This document shows, one piece after another, positions 24,928 through 33,954 of a stretch of 33,954 bases of DNA (the first letter of the stretch is position 1; each line of letters begins with the position of its first letter). Under the pieces are notes generated by a model that was not told the origin of the DNA, ran no database searches, and was given only the letters and a program-made list of their open reading frames with translations. The DNA is taken from contig CAYZRJ010000003.1 of the NCBI GenBank assembly GCA_964480825.1, positions 1-33,954 on the forward strand. The letters are read 5' to 3'. The position numbers were made by a program, and so were the translations under genes. The DNA comes from an uncultured Candidatus Saccharibacteria bacterium. GTDB taxonomy: Bacteria > Patescibacteriota > WWE3 > UBA101185 > UBA10185.

Positions 24928-26046
24928 ATGAAAATCGGTCTTAATTGCCAATACATACTAATAGATAACCCCGCCGGCCCAGAGAGGTTTACCTTAAATC
25001 TATACAGGTATTTAGCCCGCAATGACAACAAAAATACCTATGTGCTTTATTTTAACTCACAGCCTAGCGAGCAACTATTAAAAGAACTTACAAACGATAA
25101 TTCTAATTTTAGTTATAAAGTTTTAAAAAGTCCTATATTATGGACTCAATTTAGACTCGCGTTTGAGCTTTTAATAAACCCGGTAGATGTATTTTTTACC
25201 CCAATTCATACTTTACCTTTTGTACGAAATTACAAAACTAAGTTTGTAGCCATGATTCACGGACTTGAATATAAAACCAACAATAAGTTAGGTGGTTTTT
25301 CATTTAAAAAAGTTATTCATCCGACTTTATTAAAAGCAGTTATCAAGTCGGCTGATAAAATTGCTGTGCCATCACAGGCAACAAAAAATGCAATTATTAA
25401 CCAAAAAATGACTAACGAAATTGAGAAAATTACTATTATAAACGAGGGTGTAGGTGAAGAGTTTTATTCCAGATCCCAAGAACAGATCGAAAAAGTTTTA
25501 AATAAATATGATTTGGGATTTAAAAAATATTTACTTTTTGTTTCGACTATTCAGCCCAGAAAAAATATTGTTAATTTAATTCATGCGTTTTCGATTGCAC
25601 ATAATGAATATAAAAATATAGATTTAGTTTTAGTTGGAAAGCTGGGTTGGAAATACGACGAAATACTTACGGCGCCCAAAAAGTTTGGTGTTGAAAAGAA
25701 TGTACGTTTTCTAAACTGGGTTTCACAAGCTGATCTACCATACTTATTTTCAGGATCGTTGGGCTATGTGAACATGTCTTACGATGAAGGCTTTGGCCTC
25801 ACGGTACTTGAAGCAATGGCATCAGAAATTCCGGTTGTTGTTTCGGATATTCCTGCACATAAAGAAGTAGGAGCTGATCTTATAAAATACGTGAATGCTA
25901 ACGACGTAAAAGACATTGCAAATGGTATTTCTACACTGTTAAAAGGTGAGGTACAAAGTTTTGCAAAAGAACGCGCGAAAAAGTTTACGTGGGATGAAAC
26001 TGCGAAAAAGTTTATTGAGCTATACGTTTCGCTAAAACCTCGTTAA
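24928..26046 (+). CDS. glycosyltransferase, GT4 family
   Basis: DEGFGLTVLEAMASEIPVVVSD. TATAAT (24913-24918) lies 9 nt before the ATG. Confidence 0.88.
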   Translation: MKIGLNCQYILIDNPAGPERFTLNLYRYLARNDNKNTYVLYFNSQPSEQLLKELTNDNSNFSYKVLKSPILWTQFRLAFELLINPVDVFFTPIHTLPFVRNYKTKFVAMIHGLEYKTNNKLGGFSFKKVIHPTLLKAVIKSADKIAVPSQATKNAIINQKMTNEIEKITIINEGVGEEFYSRSQEQIEKVLNKYDLGFKKYLLFVSTIQPRKNIVNLIHAFSIAHNEYKNIDLVLVGKLGWKYDEILTAPKKFGVEKNVRFLNWVSQADLPYLFSGSLGYVNMSYDEGFGLTVLEAMASEIPVVVSDIPAHKEVGADLIKYVNANDVKDIANGISTLLKGEVQSFAKERAKKFTWDETAKKFIELYVSLKPR

Positions 26047-27166
26047 ATACCTGCAAAGTAATTTTTGCCGTGTTTAACCAATCATATTTTTTAACCTGCT
26101 GGTATCCTCTATCCCTCAACTGCTCCTTTAACTCGTTATCGGATAAAACTTTGTTAATTTTATCTGCCATGTCGCTTGCAGAATGCGGATCAAAATATAC
26201 TACTGAATTTTCAAAAACCTCTCGGTGGCAAGATATATCTGAGATCACGCACGGTAAACCAATAGCTTGTGCTTCAAGGGGAGTCAAACTAAAACCCTCT
26301 TTTAGAGATGGGAAAACATAAAGCTGGGCGTTTTTTCGTAAGGTTATTATCTCCTCGTCAGTCACGTAGGTTGTCATCCCGGGGACCAGCACACTTTGCT
26401 TTAAATTCTTCTCGATAAGAATAGTGTTTAATCTTTCAAGAAATTTATCTCTCTTGCCGACTAAAACAAGCTTTCCTCTATAGTTATAGTTTTTCTGCAA
26501 AATTTCAAAAGCCTCTACTAATCTATCTACGTTTTTATGTTCGTACATACTGCTGACGTACAAAAGATACTGTTGGGGTTGAATACCGTATTTTTGCAAT
26601 ACTTGTGCGGCATCGGCACCTTGTGAAATAAAAATAGGGTCAACTCCCTCGTATGCAACGACAAATTTATCTTTTGAAACGTTTGGATAATATTTTGTTA
26701 TATCGTTATATACATCGTATGTAGGAACAATAATTTTTAATGATTTTTTCAAAGCAACCTGCAAAACTTTTCTATATACTAACTTTTTTAGTGCAAAATA
26801 AGGTTTGGGTAAAGTTGTTCCTCTTTCGGTGCTGTAGGTATGCATAATAATATCGGGAATGGCGGTCACAAGTTTTCCTGTATACAAAACCGGAATATTA
26901 AAATGTGGAACGTAAAATAAGTCCAGACGTTGTCTTAACACTTGATATAAAAATTGAGTTTGCTCGGCCCAAGAATACCATTTGACTTCGGTCAAGCTTT
27001 TTTTAAAGTTTTGTGAGGTTGTTATGTATTCCTTCATTCCGCGCGATCGTAAAAAAATAACGTATTCATTGACTTGGTCTATCTTCTCTAAATGCTCGAT
27101 TATATTTTTAATGTATCTGCCGGGACCTGCTTCGGCATAAAAACGCGCGTCTATACCAATCTTCAT
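26012..27166 (-). CDS. glycosyltransferase, GT4 family
   Basis: KEGFSLTPLEAQAIGLPCVISD. The 3' end overlaps the convergent GT gene by 35 nt. Confidence 0.88.
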   Translation of the reverse strand: MKIGIDARFYAEAGPGRYIKNIIEHLEKIDQVNEYVIFLRSRGMKEYITTSQNFKKSLTEVKWYSWAEQTQFLYQVLRQRLDLFYVPHFNIPVLYTGKLVTAIPDIIMHTYSTERGTTLPKPYFALKKLVYRKVLQVALKKSLKIIVPTYDVYNDITKYYPNVSKDKFVVAYEGVDPIFISQGADAAQVLQKYGIQPQQYLLYVSSMYEHKNVDRLVEAFEILQKNYNYRGKLVLVGKRDKFLERLNTILIEKNLKQSVLVPGMTTYVTDEEIITLRKNAQLYVFPSLKEGFSLTPLEAQAIGLPCVISDISCHREVFENSVVYFDPHSASDMADKINKVLSDNELKEQLRDRGYQQVKKYDWLNTAKITLQVFNEVLAKRIAQ

Positions 27167-27173
27167 AGCTCTG

Positions 27174-27202
27174 ATTGTAAGTTGACACTAAGCACAATGC
27201 AA
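27174..27202 (-). promoter_or_regulatory. promoter of the GT gene at 27166, leaderless type
   Basis: Minus strand: TTGCAT (27202-27197), 17 nt, TACAAT (27179-27174), 7 nt, ATG (27166). Confidence 0.5.
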
Positions 27203-27218
27203 CAGAAAATGTATAAGT

Positions 27219-28430
27219 ATGTTGATAAAAGAAAAAGTACTCCTTAAAGTTTCGATGGTAAGTGCCGGTAATATAGCCAACGCGGTCATGGGATTTGTAT
27301 TCTTAACAGCAGTAGCAAAATCATTGAGCTTAGATTCTTTTGGTAAGTATGCACTTTTAACAAGTCTTTTAACCTTGATTGCACGAATCATGGACTTTGG
27401 AACTAATTCACTTTTTGTGTCTGATCACGGAGAAAAGGATAAACGAGCAACTTTTTTGTTTTCTAAATTACTGCTTTTTTGTGTAGCTCTACCGTTATCG
27501 ATTATCACTTTGTCAGCTTTTCATTTAAACGCGATTACAACTCTTGTTATTTTTACCGCCGGTTTAATTGCTTACACAATTAACTTTACTCTATATGCCT
27601 ACTATCAAAAATCTCAAAGATATCTTGAGGCCGTTCTTTTAAATACCATTCCCTCTATAATTAAGGTTTTTTACACAGTTTTTATTTTTTTAAATTACGT
27701 TAAATTAGATCTTAATATTTCGTTTGCTATTTTTACTTTCTCAATTTTTGGAAGCTTGCTTGTCTATATTTTGTTTCCAATAAAGATTATTAACAAAAAC
27801 GATGCCTCGTTTTCGGAGGCTATACACTTATTAAAAAGGGCAATTTCACCCGGCGTGTCGCAGTTAATTTACGAAAGCTGGTCAACCGTAAATAACGCGT
27901 TAACAAAGTTTTACAATACTTTTTCTGACGTTGGAATCTTTTCGATGGCAAACAAAATATCAAATATTTTTTATTTAATATCATTTTCCATTTTCACAGT
28001 CTTATTACCAAAAAATACCGAAAGAAAAACAGACAAAAAAAGTTACGATTTTCATGAAACCGGTATCTTATCCCTAGCTGTGTTTGTAATGTCGCTTGCG
28101 GCAATTGTAATATCTGAAATATTTTTAACCCGTGTTTTTGGAGATAAATTTAAAGAATCAATGAAGTTTTTAGTGTTATTGATTTTTGCTAACGCGATTA
28201 CAGCAGTTCAAAACTTTGTTGAAAATTATTTTTACGTTGAAAAGTATACTAACTATCTGGTTACGATAAATGTAACCAAGCTGGTGTTATTAATTGCCAT
28301 AGCCACTGTAACCATTCCTATATACGGTCTGACAAGTCTGGCTGTAGCAAATCTTATTGCTGCATTTGTTGGTATAACAATAACTTTCGTACTCATTCGT
28401 AGAATCGAAAAATCTAAAGCGTTGTTATAA
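27219..28430 (+). CDS. Wzx-like oligosaccharide flippase (MOP/polysaccharide biosynthesis protein family)
   Basis: 403 aa and hydrophobic throughout, with about 12 predicted TM segments. The N-terminus SAGNIANAVMGFVFLTAVAKSLSLDSFG is typical of Wzx-type proteins. The call also rests on its context in a glycan locus. Confidence 0.7.
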   Translation: MLIKEKVLLKVSMVSAGNIANAVMGFVFLTAVAKSLSLDSFGKYALLTSLLTLIARIMDFGTNSLFVSDHGEKDKRATFLFSKLLLFCVALPLSIITLSAFHLNAITTLVIFTAGLIAYTINFTLYAYYQKSQRYLEAVLLNTIPSIIKVFYTVFIFLNYVKLDLNISFAIFTFSIFGSLLVYILFPIKIINKNDASFSEAIHLLKRAISPGVSQLIYESWSTVNNALTKFYNTFSDVGIFSMANKISNIFYLISFSIFTVLLPKNTERKTDKKSYDFHETGILSLAVFVMSLAAIVISEIFLTRVFGDKFKESMKFLVLLIFANAITAVQNFVENYFYVEKYTNYLVTINVTKLVLLIAIATVTIPIYGLTSLAVANLIAAFVGITITFVLIRRIEKSKALL

Positions 28431-31259
28431 GCTTTTCATAGAGTTTCGTGGCTGTAGGTACCATAGTATCCAGTCGCCGTCTTCGGCAACAACGGTAGGC
28501 GGATACAAGTAACCTGCAACCTGATTGCTGAATCTTCCTTTTTTAGTAACTAATATTAAGGGTTGATCTTTTGAAACATCGGGAACCCGATCAACACTCT
28601 TTGGCGAGAAATCAACAATTCCAAACGGGCTATTTAGATAAAATAAGGCCAAAGGCAACTCTACTCTGTCTAAATAAACCTTCGAATCGGGTCCGGTGAT
28701 TTTGGGATTCATTGTTTCTTTCATCTGCATGAGACGCGCCTGCGAACCGGTAAGATCAGATGTATAAACTAAATCTTTATTAATTATCAAATATGTCAAA
28801 GAAAATAAAACCAACACATACAAAGATAAAAACTTCAAAACTGTGCGCGAGCTCTCCGAAAAGTAACCCAAAACTTTATTTATTACCCAATCTAAAAAAT
28901 AGCCGTTTAGTATTGCAGCCGCGGGGTACAAAGGAATTATGTACCAAACAAGCTTTGATTTTGCTAAAGAAAATAATCCCAGAACAAAAACAAACCAAAT
29001 CAAAAACGGAAGTGCTCTTTTGTCTTTTTTTATCAACTGTATAGCCGCAAACGGAATTGCCCCCAGCAATGTTATAAACCAAATTCTTAAACTAACTTTC
29101 ATAACAATCAAATACCACCAAACGGGATTGCCTTTGTCTTCTATCGCGCTGGTTGCTCTATCTACTACGTGGTACCCGATGTAGGTGTTTAAAAACGGTT
29201 GACCAAAACGTCTGTACATTTCGATATGCCACGGTAACGCTATTAAGCTTAAGATGATTAACAAGTAGTTTGATATTTTAAATCTCCTTTTTGAGAAAAT
29301 CTCAAACATGAAAATTAAAGGAAAAGGAAGAAGTCCCACCACACCCTTGGTCATGGCGGCAAGGCCTATCGCTGCTCCAATGCATAAAAAGTGTGAAGTA
29401 CTGCTTCTATCTTTTGCTAAATGATAAAAATAAACTACTAAAGTTACAAAAAACGTGGCGGTGATATCCAGCATTCCCATGCGCGAGTAGTACAAAAAAT
29501 GAATCGTAGTTACCAGACTTAAAACAGATATAAAGGCTGTAGTGCGATTAAATAATTTTATAGCAAGTTTATAAACAATAAGTAACGTTAAAAACCCAAA
29601 AATAGCCGAGGGTAAGCGTACTGCAAACGATGTAAAACCAAGGATGGCCATAAAAAATGCCTCGATCCACATATAAAGAGGCGGTTTTTCGTACCAAACA
29701 GTAGCATTATGCCAGCGTTGCGACACATACTCTCCCGAAGTAACCATATTTTTAGCTATTTTTGCGTAAATAGCTTCGTCCCAAGGTATGAGATGGTTCG
29801 CGCCCAATGACCAAAATATCAATATTGCCCCGATACCTAAAATAATAATTTTTGAAAAACCATTAGAGTAAAAGAAATATTTTATGACCTCGCTATACGT
29901 TCGGTCCAACTTTGTAACTGCTGTTCCGTAACAAAAAAACAGCGCCCAAATGAGCCAAAAAAATTCGGAGTTATATGAGTAAAATATCCCTGCAACAAGC
30001 CAACCGATTAAAACAGAATACATAGCAGAAGACATCAAAAAAGTATTTTTGTTCTTTGAAGTATTCGCGGCGTAAAGTAATGTGCCAACTATTAAACCGA
30101 CAAAAAGTATAAAAAAACCTATTCCAAAAATACCGGAACCGGATAGCACTTCTCCCCAAATTGTGTGCGCCGGTACTCTGGTTGTAAAAGCGGCGGGATC
30201 GCGACCAAAAAACTCCGGACCAACTTCGGTTTTACTAAAGTGCTCAAAAAACCCTCCGTATCCGCCGCCTAAAATAGGATACTTTTGGAATATTTCAAAC
30301 GTGCCTCGAAGAAGTAACACATGGGAATCAAAAGAATCAATTCTGTAATGAAAATATTGTTTAACATAAAACCTGAATAAACCGTTTTTTTGAGAGTAAG
30401 CTACCGCTACGGTTGCTGACAACACTGCCAATGAAATAAACAGCAGTAGAATTCCTTTTTTGCCGAACCTTCTATATAAAAGCGCAAGCATAAAAATAAG
30501 AAAAGATACAAACAACATTATCCAAGCTGATCTGGAGTTTGTAAGAAGCACCCCTGCAAGCAAAGACAAAGAGATTATTAAATAAGCAATTTTAGAAGAT
30601 CGCTTTTTTTCGATCAAAACTAAAACACTTGATATAGGCAGTAGAGCCGCCAAAAAAGCCCCGTAGTGATTGATGTCCCAAAACAATGCTCCGATGCGGG
30701 GAATGTTATTTGGTACGTTCCACAAAGCACCAATTATTTTTCCGGATGTTCCATAAAGATAGGCTTGAAAATAGCCGAATAAAGTTAGCGCAAACGCAAT
30801 AAATACATAAGCTTTAATATATTTTAAAGTTGCATCTTCGTCGTTGTGTAGTCTGTCAAACACTAAAATAAATAAAGCAACAACACAGGTAAAAAATCCA
30901 AACAATAAAGCTGACGCTTTTAAGTTCAACGAAAAATATAAGGATAAGCCGTTTACTATCCATAAACCAAAAAGCAAAATTACCGGGATACTTTTTGAGT
31001 ATTTATTAAAAAGTTTTTCGCGGTCTCTTTTGCTTACCAGTTTTAAAGCTATATCTACGGCAAACGAACACAAAAGAGCAAACATGAATATTCGTACCGG
31101 TAATAAGTCCCATTTAAAAAAACTAAAAAGTTCTTTGTGCAAAAAAACCGAAAGTATCAACAATAAATATAGAGCCAAATTGAAGTTTTTTCGTACCAGT
31201 AGAAACGAAATAATAAAAATCGCTGTAATTGAAATCGGTTCTAATAAATTATAAATCAT
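28425..31259 (-). CDS. fusion membrane protein: N-terminal O-antigen ligase/polymerase-like (Wzy_C-type) domain plus C-terminal GT-C (ArnT/PMT-like, GT39/GT83-type) glycosyltransferase domain
   Basis: The N-terminal half carries TNSRSAWIML and HTIWGEVLSGSGIFG, typical of the O-antigen ligase family. From about residue 480: PWDEAIYAKIAKNM, YEKPPLYMW, AVRLPSAIFG, typical of the first periplasmic loop of ArnT/PMT_2 enzymes. A soluble C-terminal tail of about 100 aa follows. Confidence 0.75.
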   Translation of the reverse strand: MIYNLLEPISITAIFIISFLLVRKNFNLALYLLLILSVFLHKELFSFFKWDLLPVRIFMFALLCSFAVDIALKLVSKRDREKLFNKYSKSIPVILLFGLWIVNGLSLYFSLNLKASALLFGFFTCVVALFILVFDRLHNDEDATLKYIKAYVFIAFALTLFGYFQAYLYGTSGKIIGALWNVPNNIPRIGALFWDINHYGAFLAALLPISSVLVLIEKKRSSKIAYLIISLSLLAGVLLTNSRSAWIMLFVSFLIFMLALLYRRFGKKGILLLFISLAVLSATVAVAYSQKNGLFRFYVKQYFHYRIDSFDSHVLLLRGTFEIFQKYPILGGGYGGFFEHFSKTEVGPEFFGRDPAAFTTRVPAHTIWGEVLSGSGIFGIGFFILFVGLIVGTLLYAANTSKNKNTFLMSSAMYSVLIGWLVAGIFYSYNSEFFWLIWALFFCYGTAVTKLDRTYSEVIKYFFYSNGFSKIIILGIGAILIFWSLGANHLIPWDEAIYAKIAKNMVTSGEYVSQRWHNATVWYEKPPLYMWIEAFFMAILGFTSFAVRLPSAIFGFLTLLIVYKLAIKLFNRTTAFISVLSLVTTIHFLYYSRMGMLDITATFFVTLVVYFYHLAKDRSSTSHFLCIGAAIGLAAMTKGVVGLLPFPLIFMFEIFSKRRFKISNYLLIILSLIALPWHIEMYRRFGQPFLNTYIGYHVVDRATSAIEDKGNPVWWYLIVMKVSLRIWFITLLGAIPFAAIQLIKKDKRALPFLIWFVFVLGLFSLAKSKLVWYIIPLYPAAAILNGYFLDWVINKVLGYFSESSRTVLKFLSLYVLVLFSLTYLIINKDLVYTSDLTGSQARLMQMKETMNPKITGPDSKVYLDRVELPLALFYLNSPFGIVDFSPKSVDRVPDVSKDQPLILVTKKGRFSNQVAGYLYPPTVVAEDGDWILWYLQPRNSMKSL

Positions 31260-32394
31260 TTTTTAATTCCAACAGTTTATTATATATAGCAAATGTAGTT
31301 TTAGCGGTATTTTCCCAAGTATATTCATTTCGTAGATTGTCGTTAAGTTGTGGCCGCGGTGATATGTACTCTTTATAAATCGCGTCTTTAATTGATTTAA
31401 TGTTTCCCGGATCGCAATAGCTGGCGTAATCGCCCAAATATTCTTTTGCCCGATCTCCCGAAGCTACCGCGTTAGCACCGCAAAATAATGCCTCGATGCT
31501 TGTTAAACCGGTTGTTTCAAACCAGCTTGCGGAAACCCCAACTTTTGCAAAATGATAGTAAGAAGGCATTTGATCGTAAGAAACAACACTAATATGTTTA
31601 ATCCAGTTGCTAGTTTTTAAATAGCGATCAAATATAGAAATGTACTCAAAATGCTTGTTTTTAGCTTTTGATCCTATAAATACTAGGTTAAGGTCGGTTT
31701 TACTTTCTTTTCTAATCAAATCCACTGCTTTAATTACACTGAGCTGATTTTTTCTTGGCTCAATACGGCCCACACATAAAATGTAATCTTTAAAACTCAC
31801 CGGAGAGGAGATTTGGTCAAAATTATTGTCAGAAAAAGATTTGCTAACTCCGTTTTTAACAATCTCACAGGTTAAATTTAATCCAAAAGTCTTCCTTAAA
31901 TCTTCCGCTTCTTTGGCTGTTTGAACCAAAATTACATCCGAGTTTTTTAAAGCATCGATACTCATTTTTTTAACACCGTAAAAGGCCGCGAAAATTACAA
32001 TCCACAAACGAGAGGGTTTAAACAATGCGCGATAAAATTCTTTAAATAAATCTCTATGAAATTGGTCTTTAAATAAAATTCTGGAAATTCTTCTGAAATC
32101 AAATGCGTATTCGTCATCAAATCTTTTTAATTCCTCAAGGTTGTGGTGAATTGGAGAAAAAACTACTAATTTATTTTGCTTCTTGGCATTTTTAATTTGA
32201 AAAAAGCATTCTAAATTCCAATCCAGCTGGAAAACGTGAACAATATCGTACTCGCTCATATCTTTTATGATGCCGGTTTTTATTGTTACATCAACCCCAA
32301 GGTTCTTTAGGTTTTCTGCGGTTTGTTCTACCTGAACCCTATCTCCCGCCATTTGGTTAAATAATTCCGGTTTTCCTAGTAAAAGTACTTTCAT
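31249..32394 (-). CDS. glycosyltransferase, GT4-like
   Basis: FETTGLTSIEALFCGANAV. The 3' end overlaps the start of the fusion gene by 11 nt. Confidence 0.8.
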   Translation of the reverse strand: MKVLLLGKPELFNQMAGDRVQVEQTAENLKNLGVDVTIKTGIIKDMSEYDIVHVFQLDWNLECFFQIKNAKKQNKLVVFSPIHHNLEELKRFDDEYAFDFRRISRILFKDQFHRDLFKEFYRALFKPSRLWIVIFAAFYGVKKMSIDALKNSDVILVQTAKEAEDLRKTFGLNLTCEIVKNGVSKSFSDNNFDQISSPVSFKDYILCVGRIEPRKNQLSVIKAVDLIRKESKTDLNLVFIGSKAKNKHFEYISIFDRYLKTSNWIKHISVVSYDQMPSYYHFAKVGVSASWFETTGLTSIEALFCGANAVASGDRAKEYLGDYASYCDPGNIKSIKDAIYKEYISPRPQLNDNLRNEYTWENTAKTTFAIYNKLLELKNDL

Positions 32395-33506
32395 GAGTAA
32401 AGTTTGATGTAATTTTGTATAAAATTTTTCATCGAAAAGTTTTGGGAAACACGTTCTTGTAGTTTTAATCCGATTTCTTTTCTTTGCATCTCAGAAAGTT
32501 TTAACATTTCCTGAATTTTATTTTTTAAATCTTCAGAATCAGATGTTTTAAAATAAATTACATCGTTTCCGCCTACTTCTTTTAGAACATCAAGGTCTGA
32601 TGAGATCACGAGCAAGGCGCTAGACATTGCTTCGATTAAAACTATACCAAATCCCTCTGCTAAAGACGGAAAGATAAATAAGTCGATGGCGCTGTAATAT
32701 TTGTGTAAATCGTCGTTTTCAAAGATCCCCGTAATTCTTACTTTAGATTCAATTCCTAAATCTTTGCACGTTTGTCTGAGTGATTCTTCTAACGCGCCTC
32801 CACCCGCCAACAACAATATCAATGGTATGTCAGATGAAATTTTCGAGAACGCCTCAACTAAAACATTGTGTCCTTTTTCTACTGTCATCCTACCAACATT
32901 CCCGATCACTATAGAATCTAATGGAATATTATATTTTGCCAAAATTTGACGTCGAGATTCTTCGTCAAAAATAAACTTACTAGGATCTATACCATTTGGA
33001 ATAACCACTAATCTGTTGGTCAGCATACCTTCACCGATTTTTATCTTTTTTCGCGACTCAGTAAGTGCAATTTCGACATCAGAGAAAATATTCACAAACA
33101 TTGCGTAAAAATACGTTTCTATTTTAACTAAAATTCTTTTTAGAATGTTTTTAATTTGCCACTCACTCATCGGAGTATGTACGTGAGTAATTTTAATTTT
33201 TACTCCCGCTATATTTGCGGCAAGAATGGCGTTTACACCGGCTTTTAATTCGTGGGCGTGAACCACATCAATTGAATTATTTTTTATAAATTTAACTAGA
33301 CTGAAAATATAAAATGGATCAACTTCAAATAATATCCTTCTGGTGGTGATGTTTGCTCCTGCGGATTTGTACCATTCTACAATCGGTCCGTTTAAACACC
33401 AAACAAAAACTTTATTTCCGTTTGCAATCATACCTTTTGTTAGGTCTAAAACGTGCTGCTCTACTCCACCCGGATATCCGGAATTTACAACGTAAAGTAT
33501 ATTCAT
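32391..33506 (-). CDS. glycosyltransferase, GT4 family
   Basis: AEGFGIVLIEAMSSALLVISSD. ATGA-type 4-nt overlaps on both sides. Confidence 0.88.
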   Translation of the reverse strand: MNILYVVNSGYPGGVEQHVLDLTKGMIANGNKVFVWCLNGPIVEWYKSAGANITTRRILFEVDPFYIFSLVKFIKNNSIDVVHAHELKAGVNAILAANIAGVKIKITHVHTPMSEWQIKNILKRILVKIETYFYAMFVNIFSDVEIALTESRKKIKIGEGMLTNRLVVIPNGIDPSKFIFDEESRRQILAKYNIPLDSIVIGNVGRMTVEKGHNVLVEAFSKISSDIPLILLLAGGGALEESLRQTCKDLGIESKVRITGIFENDDLHKYYSAIDLFIFPSLAEGFGIVLIEAMSSALLVISSDLDVLKEVGGNDVIYFKTSDSEDLKNKIQEMLKLSEMQRKEIGLKLQERVSQNFSMKNFIQNYIKLYS

Positions 33507-33954
33507 AACGGCATTACCTCAGAATCTATCAAAAACAGCATTTTATCTACCTTGTCTTCCCAGTTATTTTCTTTCGCAACCAACATTCTTTCTTTTATTT
33601 TTTGGGCGTTGTCCTCTTCGAGCGCGCGCCTAATGTTTTGTGAAAAATCGTTATATCCCTTTGAAATGTAACAGACATCCGCAAAAGATTTATAAGCCGG
33701 TAAATCAGTGACTACCACAGGCAGTCCCGCGGCCAAAGCTTCATGAAATTTGACGGGAAAACATCCCCCAACCGTGTAATCATTTAATTGATACGGAATT
33801 ATAAAAACATCAGAACCGGCACAATATTTTGGCATTAGATCGTACGGTCTTGTACCCAAAAAATAGATGTTATCAATCCCTTCAAAACCTAATTCTCTGG
33901 CACTTGCTTCTCTGTCTTTTAATGCGGCGGGCCCTATGATGATAAAAGAATAAT
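33503..33954 (-). CDS. glycosyltransferase C-terminal part (5' end lies outside the window)
   Basis: CFPVKFHEALAAGLPVVVTD. The frame stays open upstream of the listed TTG at 33859 to the window end (..YSFIIIGPAALKDREASARELGFEGIDNIYFLGTRPY..). Confidence 0.8.
   Translation of the reverse strand, partial: YSFIIIGPAALKDREASARELGFEGIDNIYFLGTRPYDLMPKYCAGSDVFIIPYQLNDYTVGGCFPVKFHEALAAGLPVVVTDLPAYKSFADVCYISKGYNDFSQNIRRALEEDNAQKIKERMLVAKENNWEDKVDKMLFLIDSEVMPL

Noticed and set aside
27182-27217. A plus-strand TTGACA (27182-27187) as the -35 of the flippase promoter, paired with TATAAG (27212-27217).
   Set aside because: The spacer is 24 nt, far outside the 16-19 nt range, and the TATAAG lies only 1 nt from the ATG. 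The flippase promoter is left uncalled.
1-33954. Mobile elements, prophage remnants, CRISPR arrays, tRNA or rRNA genes, toxin-antitoxin or defence systems.
   Set aside because: There are no transposase, integrase or Cas-like ORFs and no arrays of spaced direct repeats. I saw no tRNA-like T-arm (GGTTCGAAT-type) in the intergenic regions, and no terminal inverted repeats flanking the GC-rich segments.

Overview
AT-rich bacterial chromosomal segment of 34 kb. Sampled 60-nt rows are mostly 28-40% GC. It uses the standard genetic code, with TAA, TAG and TGA all acting as stops. I found no rRNA, tRNA, CRISPR array, transposase or integrase. The gene content and style suggest a CPR/Patescibacteria-like genome, but that is inference only: a DUF4012 protein, many GT4 glycosyltransferases, a short enolase, tightly packed or overlapping genes, and almost no Shine-Dalgarno sites.

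Layout:
1. 2-1477: 5'-truncated transglutaminase-like protein.
2. 1474-8343: nucleotide-excision-repair/SOS neighbourhood. It holds uvrA (interrupted by a 1-nt frameshift), an orphan GC-rich structured-RNA candidate with a perfect consensus promoter, uvrB, a GC-rich orphan ORF and lexA.
3. 8336-14620: dedA, then a lower-glycolysis/gluconeogenesis group (gpmA-like, eno, ppsA, pmm).
4. 14632-18899: orphan receiver protein, yraN, and the head of a dcw cluster read on the minus strand (mraZ-rsmH-ftsL-ftsI). The mraZ promoter region carries MraZ-box-like direct repeats.
5. 19030-21149: glyQS and recO.
6. 21161-33954: a locus of about 13 kb for a cell-envelope glycan. It holds DUF4012, a phosphoglycosyl transferase, six GT4-type glycosyltransferases, a Wzx-like flippase, and a 944-aa fusion of an O-antigen ligase/polymerase-like domain with an ArnT/PMT-like GT-C domain.

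Most worth a second look:
- the unclassified RNA unit at 4505-4907
- the compositionally foreign ORF at 6988-7578, and the perfect 14-bp palindrome in the promoter region it shares with uvrB
- the recurrent leaderless promoter architecture (a -10 hexamer 5-7 nt before the start codon)
- the Wzy/GT-C fusion
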